Position numbers and translations under genes: made by a program
Assembly (NCBI GenBank): GCA_013239625.1
Contig: MU055458.1
Span: 356,972-420,971 of the forward strand
From: Lama guanicoe
Lineage: Eukaryota
Direction: 5' to 3'
Length of the DNA: 64,000 nt
Shown: positions 38,949 through 51,050 of the stretch, piece by piece
How positions within the stretch are numbered: the stretch's first letter is position 1
How the letters are laid out: each line of letters opens with the position of its first letter
The notes under the pieces: model-generated
The model's input: the letters and a program-made list of their open reading frames with translations, nothing else
Databases searched by the model: none
What the model was told of the DNA's origin: nothing

Positions 38949-41607
38949 GTGAGGCCGCCGCCACCGTTCCCTGCGGGTCCTCTCAGCCCCCAACACTTAC
39001 CCATCATCGTCCACTGGCCCCCGTACCCGCTTGCCCACCTCCAGATGCTCTGTGTTCTTTCCCCCCTTGACGCTCGGCGACATGGAGATGGGGCAGTGGG
39101 GCACAGGGAGGCAGGCCCAACTCCAAATTATCCACTGGAAGACCTGGGCTGGCACCTTCCAGGGTCCTTTTCCATCCCTCTGCCTGTCTGTCTGAGTGTC
39201 ATGCCTATCTTGTCCCCAAAAGGAATTTTGAGTTCCACCTGTTTTTCCAGCGGGGCCACAGTGCATCCACGGCCTCCTGAGAGCCCCCAGCAGGCCACTG
39301 AGGTGGGGCCGTGGGCTGCAGTTGGCAATTCGGAGCCACTTCTTCTTGGGAAAGCTCAGGAATCTGAGTCTACCCACCTGATGTCCCCTCTCTGGCTTCT
39401 AAATCCAGGTTCCAGGGGGTGCGGTGTTTAGAGCAACCCCCGGGAGTTGGCATAGAGGCCCCTGGTGGGCCGAGAGTGTCTCTGCAGGATCAGTGAGGGG
39501 TACCCAGGTCCTCGGGGAAAACCGTCTGGGTCCTCGATCCTTCCGAAGTTGACCCAGGCCCAGAAGCGCCCTGCCAGCTCTGGGACTGCTTGGCAGACAG
39601 CAGCTGCGCCACCTGCCTTGGGTTTCTCGCAGCCACACCTGCATAATGCCTTCCCTGATGAGAAGGCCCTGGTGCCCGCTTTCCTTACGGGCATCTGACC
39701 AGACCCAGCTACGCAGGTTCCTCCCTGCCCTGCCCTGGAGGTGAGCACTGCCTGCTCCCTGCTCCCCCTGGTGCCCCAGGACCCTCAGATGAGGCCTCCT
39801 GCCGGTCCAAGTGCCTGCGGGAGGAGCGTCCTCTTCAGGGAGCCCCGCCTCCCTGGTCTAGGGGCAGGAAGTGAGAATCCTTGCAGCAGGAATGAAGGGA
39901 GCCAGTGACTCATCCCCCAGTGGTTCGTCATCCCTGCTGGCGAGCTTGGGAGTCCTTGCTTGGTGGGGGCCGTATATCCTGGGCCGCATATCCCGCTCTG
40001 GCTAGAGCTTCCTGGGAGGTGCACACTGCCTGTTCCCTGCCTTGGAAGCTTATTAGGGAACTCACTGGGTCAGGGTCTCCAGGGACCCCTTTACTTTGAG
40101 ACCAGGTCTAAAAGCAAAAATGCCCCTCTGACCACACTGTTCTGCCCCTACCACCTGCCTGCCAGCTGGCACTGCAGAGTGGCTGGGGGCACTCCTGGCC
40201 ACACAAAGACACAGGCAGAGGAAGCCAGTGACCCCCCACCCTTCTTCGGGGAGCAGACACGCAGCCTTGGCCAACTGCACAGTCGGAACCTGGGCCCAGG
40301 CTCTCCTAAAGTAGGGGAGCCCAGGGTGGGAGAGGACACCAGCCCAGGGCTACAGTTGGGGTACTTGTTGGGGAGCAGGGCGGCAGCCTTACCCGGCACA
40401 GGGAAGACCGTGCTTGCAGCCCCTCTCGGACAGGGATGGTCCATGAAGGCCGGCTCCTGGTCCAAGGCCACTTGGGGCTGTCCTGGACTTGAGATGGGCC
40501 TCCAGTCCTGGGTGAGAAGGGGAGGGCCCCCCCTTGCTCCCCGTGAGCCCCAGGTTCCATCAGGCCAGTCTTGGTAGCACAGGGCTTTTGGGTGGAAGAC
40601 GCAGAAAGGCCAGCCATGCTGTTTCAGTTGTCTCGCTCCTGGGGTGTCGACCAGGGACCTGTGACCAGCAGGGCTGTACCACGTGAGCTTGGCGGACCGG
40701 GTGCCACTTGGTGTGGCTCACAGGAGTGCTGCCTAGTCTTCACCACCTTATAGTTCACGTGCATTGACTCTCCTCAGTGATCTTGAAATCCAGCCCCAGG
40801 TTTCTACATTGATCTCGTTCACCCTCGTGGCTTTACATGGAGGCCTGTGGATTCCAACCCCACAGACACACTGTCCTGCTCTTGTGGCCGCGAGGCGGTC
40901 TCCAGGGGTTGCTCTTCCGTGAGCATCCTGGCGCTGGATGCCTTTGGTGCCGCCGTGTTTTGGCACCTACCTCGTGCCAGTCGTAACTAGTCCTTAGTCT
41001 TCACCATCTACCGCTGGAGGACAGCTGGTGCCCCCACCCTCCCCTCCGTGTCTACATCTGCCCCCAGCTGGGCATCTCTCACCCACACCCAGGCCCTGAC
41101 TGCGTCTTGCAAAGCCCCAAGGTGAGCCGACAGGCTGGGTGCCCGGCTCCTTTTCTCGGCTCTAGTCCCTCCAGCCTTTGACTTGAATGTGCCCCACCCC
41201 CTGGAGTCCTGGGGAATGGCGAGTTTGAACCCGGGCCTCTGAGCACTGCCTTGGTAACAGGGGTCTCAGAAAGGAAACCAGGAAAGAGTTGGTGCTCGTC
41301 TTCCTCCTCCATTGAATTAAGCCCTCTTTGAAAACCCTTTGGCTTGGTACATCTGGATGGAAACAAAACATTTCTTTATGCACGTAGCCTGTGTTCTCCA
41401 ACAGTCTGGGGGTGCTGAGTGAAGAAGTGAGCAGTGAGGTGTGGAGGGGCAGTGAGGGGAGTCTCCCCGCATCCCTGCTGCTTCTGCTGTCTGATCCCAG
41501 CCTGCATTTCCCCATCCGCGGTGCCCTGAGCATGCTTCTCAGCCAGAGTCCTTTCAGTAGGGCCCAGACATGCAATGGAAGGGGATGGAGGATGTGGACT
41601 CTGTCAA

Positions 41608-41625
41608 ATATATATATATATATAT
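41608..41625. repeat. (AT)9 microsatellite
   Basis: atatatatatatatatat. Confidence 0.9.
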
Positions 41626-41998
41626 TCATGATCTTGTGAAACCAGCAAGGCAGACTTTGTTCAGGTGGGCTGTCGAGATAGGTGTGGGGGCCACCGCTGG
41701 GGGGAGAGAGATGGGCTTCAGCTCTGAAAACGACCAGGTAGAGTGGGAATTTAGCCAAGGGGCGGGGGCGGGGCAGGGGGGTGAATTTACCAAGAGCTTC
41801 AATGAGAATAGTAGTAAAACAACATGGGCGTAGCGGAGGGCTCGCGCTCAGCCGACCTAGTGGGTTTCTTGCCGAAGACGGGCCTGGGTGAGCAGACGTC
41901 ACCAGGGCACACCGAAGGCACAAGGGGTCTGGTGAGAAGCAGGATTCTTACTAAAATTGGGTGTTTGAGGACATGCCCCTGGGACAAGATCAGACCCA

Positions 41999-42282
41999 CA
42001 GGCATTCCACAGTGACGCTGCAGTGGGACAAGTCACCTGAGTTCTCTGCTTTCCCAGCGCAGGTAAAGGTCGTGTTTACATTGTACTGCAATCTGTTAAG
42101 TGTACCTCACTGATACACCTTAAAAACAAACAAACAAAACAAAACAAAGTATCTGTGTTAAAAAATGCTTCATTACTAAACGATGCTGACCTTCATCTGA
42201 TGGTCCAGGGTTGCCACAAATCTTCATTTTGTAGAAACACAGCGTCTGCGTCGGCGGAGCACACAGAAGCGAGGGGTGCCTG
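41999..42282. mobile_element. Internally deleted Tigger1-like (TcMar) MITE
   Basis: Ends caggcat...gtgcctg; internal tttcccagcgca...tgtttacattgtactgcaatct and cagggttgccacaaatcttcattttgta resemble the two Tigger1 termini. Confidence 0.65.
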
Positions 42283-44139
42283 TCGCTGGAAACCAGCTGG
42301 GAGGAGAGACTAAGTCTCCCGGCCCCACTGCACCTCCTGGGACTGGGGCTGCGTCACAGCTCTGTCTGCCCGAACCCGCCTCCTCGCTCTGGGGGCCGTG
42401 CGTGGGGGCTTCGGCGTCAGCAGCTGCTGCTGTTACTGTGACCTGCCGTCACTGTCGTTGGGGGAACGGTAGGCTCCGGCTCCACCCCCTCATCTCTGCT
42501 TCAGTGGGAGACCTGGGCAAGAAGCCTGTCCCCCAGCCACCGTCAGGCGGGGGGGTCGGATCCTGGACTGGCTGGAGGGGCATCTGTGACTCAGACTGTG
42601 TTGTTTATGAATTGGGATCCTCAGAAGGAAGGAGGAAGGAAGTCAGGAGGTGATCATGCTGACGGCCTCCTGGGACCCCAGCCAGGCTCCTTTCCTCTCC
42701 TTTTTCTGTCTGGAGTGTACATCCTCCAAAGGGGCGTCTGTGACTGCCCAGGACCAGCCTTTCTAAGTTGGGGCTTTTCCCAGTAACTACAGGTGCGTTC
42801 TGAGCTGGGCCACATGGGAGGGGCGTGCAGCCCCGCAAGTCCTGCTGCTGGGGGCAGGGGCATGCCTACACCTCCACCCGTGCCCCCCGGCCGCCATACA
42901 CACACCTTAACTCAGCCCAAGTGTCCGAGCAGGGCCAGGGAGAAGTCCGGGGCCAGCCAGAAGTCAGCAGGCCCCGAGGGGCCCCTCCGAGGGTCCCGGG
43001 ATGAAATTGGACATGGTTGTCTGGGCAGGAGGTGTCAGAACCATCTGGGGAACTAGGTCCCAATCTCCAGGTTAGGGCCCTGATCGTCTGTCTTTACTCC
43101 CCCTATGGTGTTGGTGAGCTGTGGGTTCAGGACCCACTGGCCCGGCTCTCAGGTGACTGTTCTGGGTGAGTTGCCAGGTCCCGCTTCGTCCCCAAGAGGT
43201 GGAGGTGCCCCTCCAGAACCCGGGGTGGGAGAGCAGGTGCGCTCAGAGCATCAGCCACGTCCTAGAATTCTGTCTTCTCCCATGTCCCCTGCTCTCATGT
43301 CTCTGGGCTCCCAGCTCAAGTTCCTGTGGGAGCATGAGAGTCGATCTGTGTGTGTGTTTGTGTGTTTTACTCGAGCCTCAAGGGTGAGAATGGAGCCTTG
43401 GGTGTCTGGTTTGACCCTTGCTTTATCTGAGACTGCCGCTCGAGGCTGGTCTGCTTGGGATCAAGGAAGCGGGGAAAGGAGCTAAAGATGTGGAGCCAGA
43501 GCTGAGAAGCAGGAGATGACAGCGGGAGAGCGGAGCCCCCTCCAGTGGGGGTTCTCTGGCCCTCTCCTGGAAGACCCCCTCTGTGGAGTGGCACAGTCAT
43601 GTAGGCTCGGGCAGGGGGCTGGGGAGGCCCCTACCTGTTTGCTGCTCTGTGCTTTGAACCAGCCCTTGAGTGAGCGTGCCAGCCTCAAGTGTTGCTCGGG
43701 GCCGACGGAGTGAAGCCGCGGGACTGAGGGGCCATGTTATTCTCACGCTGCTTCCGCTCTCCAGGCTCTGTTCCCTGGAGCTGAGCCAGTCTGCAAACGT
43801 CCTTCCCACTAGAGCCACCACCCGGGCTTCCTCCAGGCCTGGGGGCCCCATGAGAAGCCATCTGGCAGCACCGTGGTCCAGGTCTGCACTCTGGGGGCCA
43901 GTGCACACCCCGGACCCAGGGGCCAGGTGGCGGTGGGGCTGGACGTCAGTGCTGAGGGCAGGCAGTGGCACCGAACCCCCCATCACTGGGCTGACTGGCC
44001 ATGCTCTGGGGACCGCAGGGTGTTCTCCACCCGAGTGCAGCTGAGGCAATGCCTGCTGTGATGGAGTCAGCAGCTCAGGTGATGCCGGACCTCAGAGAGG
44101 GGGCCCCCTGAGCATGTCCAGCCATGAGGCAGACTCGCC

Positions 44140-44458
44140 AGGCGGACGTATGTTACTCAACATCTCCAAATTCCCCTGCAGGAAACCGGCCACTTGAGAA
44201 GGAAGCTTGGCTTTTCTGGGCTTTAGAGAAAATCATAACACGTTGGAGTTCCCGTCACCCATTGGCTGGCAGTGGGGATATTTTTTTCCATAAACAAACG
44301 AGGAAAATGCAGGCGTAATGGGAAGCTGACCTCGGTGAGGCTGCAGGGGTGGGGCTTCCCGGGAAGCGTGGTCAAAAGGCAGCGGAGGCCGGGAGGCAGC
44401 TGCATTCCTGTGTGTCTCCCATCCTGCCACGCCAGCCTCTTGAGCACCAGGGCCGGGG
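44140..44458 (+). promoter_or_regulatory. Candidate internal promoter/enhancer upstream of the alternative first exon
   Basis: Inverted CCAAT box (attgg 44261-44265), TAAACAAA 44291-44298, GCTTCCCGGGAAGC 44354-44367, CATTCC 44403-44408, locally raised CpG. Confidence 0.4.
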
Positions 44459-44617
44459 ATGCGAGACACGCCATGCGTGGCCGCCCTGCAGGGCCTCCTG
44501 CGGCTCTTCTACCCGCGCCGGGCGGGCCAGAGCCGGGCCATCTCCTCCGAAAGGCACCTGTGTACTCGCGGCACCGCCCTGTGGACACACATCCGAAGCC
44601 TGTTGTACAAGGGCAAG
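44459..44617 (+). CDS. BCR: Candidate alternative first coding exon of a short GAP-only BCR isoform: MRDTPCVAALQGLLRLFYPRRAGQSRAISSERHLCTRGTALWTHIRSLLYKGK (53 aa), spliced to exon 17
   Basis: gccggggATG with in-frame upstream TGA at 44441; AAG|gtgggc donor, phase 0, in frame with exon 17; C-terminal motif resembles the ABR short-isoform N-terminus (from memory). Confidence 0.65.
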
Positions 44618-46528
44618 GTGGGCCTGCGGGGGCTGGGGGTCCCTGGGTGGGCCGCAGCAGGCAAGGCCCCCCACCCTGTCCCTCTGCTTGTCAGCTCTGG
44701 GTGCTGAATCTCCGTCCTGGGAGAAGGGCCCAGTGATGGCCGTTCTTCAGAGGGAAAGGAGAGGGTGTCTTTCTGCTGTGTCTCTCTGTTTAAATTTCCA
44801 CTGGTGGAAGTCAGCTGTCCCTTTCCTTGCGCGCAGGAGGAGCTGTGCCTTCCGAGGAGGCCAGGACACAGGAGTTGGGGCAGAGGTGGGGAGGGGGGTG
44901 ACCAGCAGTGCACTCCCTCCCGCCACACCTGGCCTGGTTGAGGGCAGGGACTTTGCTGGCCTGGAGCCACAAGGGCCATGGTGTCACCCACCTGCAGCCT
45001 CCCCGGAGGAGGTGTTACCCCAGCTGGGTGCCCGGATTCACACTAGCCGGGAAGCACCACGTGGGAGCGCTTTGTGACTGGTCTCTGCTCACAGACCTGC
45101 CCGGTGGGGTGGGGCCTCTGAGGACCTCCAGGGACAGAAGGAGACCTGTAACCACAGAGTCTCCAAGGGAGATGCTCTGCCTCCCTTTGTCTGTGTCAGT
45201 CTGTTTCAGGTCCTTGGGCATCGTGACCAGTGGACCTAGAAGGGGGGGGGCTCGCCCCCAGGCGTGCCTGTGCTGACCTCCATGCCCAGCGGGTGCATGG
45301 AGAGAGCTCAGGAGCATGCACCTGAGAGAGAGAGGCCGCTGGGCCTCGCCTTCTAGCCATCTCAGCTGCTCAAGGCCCAGGCGGCTTTCACCTCCCAGGT
45401 CCTTGGCAGTGGATAGACATGCGGTACCTGTCCCAAGTGCCCCTCTAGACCTGGCACTAGTGCCATCAGGCGTGTGTGTGCATGTGTGTGCACTCCTGTG
45501 CAGCGATCACGAGGCATGGTACCAGCTCTTAAGCAGCTTTGTAGCAGCAGAAGTGAACCATGGCCCAAAGCAGGCATAGAAATCACAGAGCGCCATATGC
45601 AGAGTGCCGGGTACGTGGTTCCCTGACCTGGCTTCACACCAGAATCACCTGGGAGGTTTCTGGCTGTGTTGCCGGTGCAGCTCTGCCAGGCACCCGGGAG
45701 ACAGGCTTTAACCAGAGCTGCCAGGTGCTTACTCGTCCAGCCCAACCCGCTGGTATAGACAGCATGTGCTCCCCAGATCGGGGGAGGTGGCGCCCTCATG
45801 GATGGGGTTGGTGGGGGATCACGTGGCCTGACCAGGAAGGTCGCGACATCTTACAGCAGCTCTGACAGTTAGGTCCCAAGGACTAGTACTCAGACAGTCC
45901 TTGGAGTGAGAGGGGCGCAGAGAGCCTTCCTCCAGCCCCCTCACTAGCGGCGGGATTTGGAGCTGGGCTCTGGGTCCTTCAGGGCCTTACCCTGAGTCAT
46001 GGGCCTGGCCTGGACTGAAGATCCAGACCACGGGGCATGCTGAGGGGAAAGACAGTGTCCCCAGTTCTTAGATGACATGCCCCCAGGAAGATGCTGTGGA
46101 AATCAGACTCCCCAAAATGTCATCTAAACCAATTGCTCAGCCCCCTCTGAGCTGCATGAAGCACCTGTGATGGTGGAGGGGGAGCAGGATGGCTCCTGGC
46201 CCCTGGGCTGCAAGCTGGACTTGAGCTCCCATTGAGGAGGGACAGAGTCAGGGGCAGGGGCAGGGCCTGAGCTGTCACTGACTCGTCCCCAGAGTGAGCC
46301 CAGGCTCAAGGCAGCCAAAGTCTGGGGGCAGGAGGGCTGTAAGGTTCCTGGGGTTTCTAGCCGGTCCTCTCCTCTCTCTGGACCCTCTGGGCCTCTGGTT
46401 TGAGGTGCCAGCTGAGACCCAGCTCCAGTCTGACTTGGACGTGGAGGAGTAGCAGGCTTGGGCCGCTGCCTGGCAGGGCCTCTGCACAGACCTTGGGGCG
46501 TCTGATAATTATGACCCCTTGCTTTCAG

Positions 46529-46588
46529 CTGGATCCCCAGGCCCTGCAGGACAGAGACTGGCAGCGGACCATCATCGCCATGAACGGG
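46529..46588 (+). CDS. BCR: BCR exon 17 (60 nt): LDPQALQDRDWQRTIIAMNG
   Basis: tttcag|CTG...GGG|gtaggt. Confidence 0.97.
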
Positions 46589-47299
46589 GTAGGTACCCAC
46601 AGAGCCGTGTGGGCAACTGCTTCCCCCAAAAGGTTGGGGTGACCTCAGTTTCTTCAAAAGCAGTCGGAAGGAGGCCAAGCCTGAGCCAGTGTCTGAGGGG
46701 GACCGTGGCTGGAGAGGGGCAGAGGCCCTGCAGAGCAGGATCGCCCGGGGCAGGGAGGTGCCTGTGCGGTGGCTGGAGAGCCGCCATCTGCCAGGCGCTG
46801 AACATCCCTCTTCATGGGACACTCCAGGGGCATCACAGGGCAGGCAGGGCCTCAGCCCCGGGGTCTGCCCACAGACACTGAGACCCCTCATTAGCCTTTG
46901 GTGCCCCAAGAGTGTTTAGACCTCAGGAAAAAACACTACCACACACCAAAAGAGGTCTGGGCGTATGGGACAGAACTTCGACATCTGATAGATACTTCGT
47001 GGGTCTCTGTTACGTCATTCTCTGTACTTCAGTGGGGCCTTGTTGCTGCTGCTGTTGTTCCTAGGATTGAATAAGAAAGAGAAGCAGTGAGGTTGTGGGG
47101 GAGGTTCTGCAGAAGCCAGTTCTTAAACTGCCCCGACTGTTCCTGGCTCTTGCTGAGTTGGACCAGGGGCCGCCCACACCCGGACCTTTGCCTGCTCGCC
47201 CGGAGGGTGGGGAGAATTGCCAAGGCCCCGGGGCCCCTGGGAAACCAGGCTGTGAGGACCAGAAGGGTGAGAGGGCTGTGCCCCTCCTTCCCCCTGCAG

Positions 47300-47409
47300 A
47301 TCGAGGTGAAGCTCTCAGTCAAGTTCACCAGCAGGGAGTTCAGCCTGAAGAGGATGCCTTCCCGAAAACAGACAGGTGTCTTCGGAGTCAAGATTGCCGT
47401 GGTCACCAA
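47300..47409 (+). CDS. BCR: BCR exon 18 (110 nt): [36 protein letters not shown](K)
   Basis: ctgcag|ATC...CCAA|gtgagt. Confidence 0.97.
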
Positions 47410-48667
47410 GTGAGTGGTGAGGGGCTGGGGTGCACTCGTCTCTGTCCCCAAGAACCAAGGGCGCCCCCTCCCGGTGTTTCCAGAGGAAAGAGCGGCTGTG
47501 GGTCTCCCCCTCTGTGCAAGTCACTGCAGGGGACACCTTGAAGCCCATACGGCACTCGGCTTGGCTGCCTCCCATGTTTACATCAAAACTTGTCCCCGTC
47601 AGCTCAGGAGTGTCCCATGCCTTCCTGTGTGGTCCCTGGAGCTTCACTTGGCAGGGTTTTCTTCCCTGTCTTAGAATTTGTCACAATAGGAACTCCTATA
47701 CAGTGATGGCCAATCCTGCCCCTGTGTCACCAGTCAGTTGCCAGGAGAAGCTTCTGTGTTGGTTTGAGGGCAGCTCTCGGAGACACAGGCCACTGCCTCC
47801 CAGAATCCACTGGCTTCCCCAATTTGGAATCTGGCCGGGCCCCTGACCCAGCTGGTCGTCAGGCTGGGACCTGTGCCAGATGGTCCCGAGACACATGATT
47901 GTGTCTAAAGAGCGCTCCCCACCCCCAGCTGCATCCCAGCCTCCTCCTGGCACTCTGGGCAGCCCTAGGCAGGAGCAAAGAGCTCTCTGTCGGCAGGTAC
48001 CCCAAATAAATGCTGCTCGGGAAAGCGCCTGGACTCCCAAATCCAGTCAATAAACTAGACTGAAACTGACTCTCCAGATAGCACATGTCCAGTTTTGGAA
48101 GAATTCTTACTCCAGCATCCTCCCTGGAGGTTCTGGACTTGTCTGTTGTCATGAGGATGAGGTGGAGAGAAGGGTGTAGAATCAGAGTCCCAAGCACGGA
48201 CGTGCGGCAGCCTCAGGGAGTCAGGCATCTGGCTGGACCACTTGCTCTGCACAGGGCTCACCTCTCACCCAGGCCCGGAGGGGTCAGGATTCGTACCCCA
48301 ACCCGACTCAGAGACCAGACTACCTTCTGGGACCCCTCTGGCCACCTGTTAACCCAAGGCCTGGGGCTTCTAGCTGACGTCTTGTGGCCCACCCCACTTA
48401 GAGAATTCTCCTGACCTTCCCCTCAAAGATCGTGCATGAGTTGTAGGGCGTCCAGCTCCTTGGAGCTGTCGGAAAGGCCCCATAAGATGTGAGCAGTGAT
48501 AGCTGTGAGGCTGCAGGACGGGGGGAGAACACGTGGAAGGCTCTGTGTGCCCTGAGTCTGGGCGCTTTCAGCACCCTGCTCCAGGTGTGCAGGTGGGTGA
48601 GGGGTCTAGCCCCACCGCGGCCTGAGCGGGGCTGCCGGGCACTCAGGGCCTTCCCCTCCCCCCACAG

Positions 48668-48807
48668 GAGGGAGCGGTCCAAGGTGCCCTACATTGTGCG
48701 CCAGTGCGTGGAGGAGATCGAGCGCCGGGGCATGGAGGAGGTGGGCATCTACCGTGTGTCCGGCGTGGCCACGGACATCCAGGCGCTGAAGGCAGCCTTT
48801 GACGTCA
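48668..48807 (+). CDS. BCR: BCR exon 19 (140 nt): [46 protein letters not shown](N), RhoGAP arginine finger
   Basis: ccacag|GAGG...GTCA|gtgagt. Confidence 0.97.
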
Positions 48808-49296
48808 GTGAGTGTTGGGCCAGACCGGGCAGGATGGAGGTGTGGGGTGTAGTGCCCGTGCTGAGACTCACAGGCGCCCATTTATTTTACCAGGGGAAGG
48901 AAAGGGGTTGTGGGAGGAGGTTGTGCAGAGGCCCGTTCTTAGTCCATCCTGACCCCGCGTGCATGGCTTTACTGGGACTTGTGTGGGGCAGCCCCACCTC
49001 GCTCTGGGGCTTGGCCTACTTGCCCCAGGGGTGGAAATGGGGTGCCAACCAAAGCCCAGGGGTCAGTATGGTCTGAGTGAAACCGCCCCAGTTGCCAGAC
49101 GAGGACACAGAGACCCCAGGGTGGAAGGCCTTCTGCCTACGTACTCCAGGGCCTGGAGCCCTGGATGGCCGAGCTCCTGGGGTGGGGTCGGGGGCAGCCA
49201 TAGTTCCAGCTCCCTTTGGGCAGAAGCCTGGGCCCGGCCCATGGCTCAGAGGGCGGAGGCGATTTGGGACCCACACGTGGGCTGTACTCTCTCCAG

Positions 49297-49431
49297 ATAA
49301 CAAGGACGTGTCAGTGATGATGAGCGAGATGGATGTGAATGCCATCGCCGGGACGCTGAAGCTCTACTTCCGAGAGCTGCCTGAGCCCCTCTTCACGGAC
49401 GAGTTCTACCCCAACTTCGCCGAGGGCATCG
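49297..49431 (+). CDS. BCR: BCR exon 20 (135 nt): [44 protein letters not shown](A)
   Basis: ctccag|AT...ATCG|gtgagc. Confidence 0.97.
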
Positions 49432-50193
49432 GTGAGCGCAGGCCGCTCCCACCTCCTCCAATCCCTTGGGTGGGGGTTACGGGGTCAAGGGCGAGGTGAG
49501 GGGACCTGAGTTTCAGCCCAAACCCGCGTGTGATAGGGGCGCTGAGAACCAAGCTGGTCCTTGAGGGCCTCTGCCTGTCCTCAGAGGGCTGCCTGCTGTC
49601 CCCATCCCTCCAAGTAGCCCGAGAGGGTGGAGCGGCTGGAGCCACCGTGGACACGTCTGGGTGTGTGGGGTCCTAGAGGCCGCCATCCTCCTCACTAACC
49701 CCAGGTCCTGGCCCCATCCAGTGGGACTTTGAGCCCAACCTGACCCTAGGTCCACCTGGAGGGTGGGGGGCACCAGCGCAACCTCCGCACCGTGACTCCA
49801 GGGCTGCTTGGCAGAGGGCCTGGTCCCCCAGGTGCACAGGGTAATGAGGGAGCCTTGGGGCCTCGCAGCCCCCTGCCCAGTGGTCTTCCTGCTTCATCGT
49901 GCGCCCAGCTTCCCGTTCCTCGGGCTCTTCTGAGCGGGAGACAGGAATGGCCGAGTTGGCCAGGAGGGGCAGCCTCCTGCCGCTGGTCCCTCTGGAGCTG
50001 TTGACACCTTTGAGCTTCAGAAAAGGTGTTCAGGGTGGCCAGCCCCCCACACCAGCTCCCACCACGGGGTCCTCACTGGAGGCAGGGCTATGTGAACCAG
50101 GGTGATGACAGGCCTGGACCATCCTGTGTCCTGCGACCCCGGGCCCTGGGAGAGGCCTCCAGCCCATGTTAATCCCCCTGCCCCCGCCTGCAG

Positions 50194-50299
50194 CCCTCTC
50201 AGACCCCGTTGCGAAGGAGAGCTGCATGCTTAACTTACTGCTGTCACTGCCAGAGGCCAACCTGCTCACCTTCCTCTTCCTTCTGGACCACCTGAAAAG
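50194..50299 (+). CDS. BCR: BCR exon 21 (106 nt): [34 protein letters not shown](R)
   Basis: ctgcag|CC...AAAG|gtaatg. Confidence 0.97.
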
Positions 50300-50622
50300 G
50301 TAATGACAGCCCCTCTGGGGACCAGAGCCATTGCCACCCCATCCCTCTCCGTCACAGCCACTCTGCACCTCAGCCTTAAGTAAAGAGGGAGGGGCTACAA
50401 CCACAGCCACCATGTGCTCCCCTCCCCCCACCCGGGGTTGGGCCCCTGCCGACCTCCAGTGCTCTTCATCCTGGGCCCCTAGACCGAGGGGAGCCAGGGT
50501 GGGGTCTGCTTTCAGCATAGCCAGGGCAAGACCCTCCATCCCTCTCAAGGTGGCCTGTGTCCCCGGCTGCCCCTGGCCTGGAGGCGGTGTCACAGCGGCC
50601 CCTCTGCCCCGGCCCTCTGCAG

Positions 50623-50785
50623 GGTGGCGGAGAAGGAGACGGTGAACAAGATGTCCCTGCACAACCTTGCCACCGTGTTCGGCCCCACGCTGCTGCGGCC
50701 CTCGGAGAAGGAGAGCAGACTCCCTGCCAACCCCAGCCAGCCCGTCTCCATGACCGACAGCTGGTCCCTGGAGGTCATGTCCCAG
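50623..50785 (+). CDS. BCR: BCR exon 22 (163 nt): [54 protein letters not shown]
   Basis: ctgcag|GGTG...CAG|gtacca. Confidence 0.97.
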
Positions 50786-51050
50786 GTACCAGACGGCCAG
50801 CCTGGCCCAGGGGCCTCTGCCAGCCCCACCCCAGGTCCTGGTGGTGGTTCCTACCAAGTTGTACAGGGCAGGGGGCCGAGTTTTGCAGAGAGGGACTCGT
50901 CAGGGCCACGAGGTGGGGAGGGGCGGAGAGGGCCCAGGCCACTGCTCTTCCCTCTGCACCTCGCTGGCTCCACCTGTATTTGTGAGGGGCGCGCTGGGCA
51001 GGAAGACCTCTCCTCTGAGCCGCTGTCTCCCTCCTGCTCTGCCCTGGCAG

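Noticed and set aside
44445-44617. Reading the 44459 exon as an internal cassette via caccag|ggcc (44450/44451)
   Set aside because: Weak pyrimidine tract, and splicing from exon 16 (phase 0) would put the LW..IR motif out of frame; a first-exon model fits better
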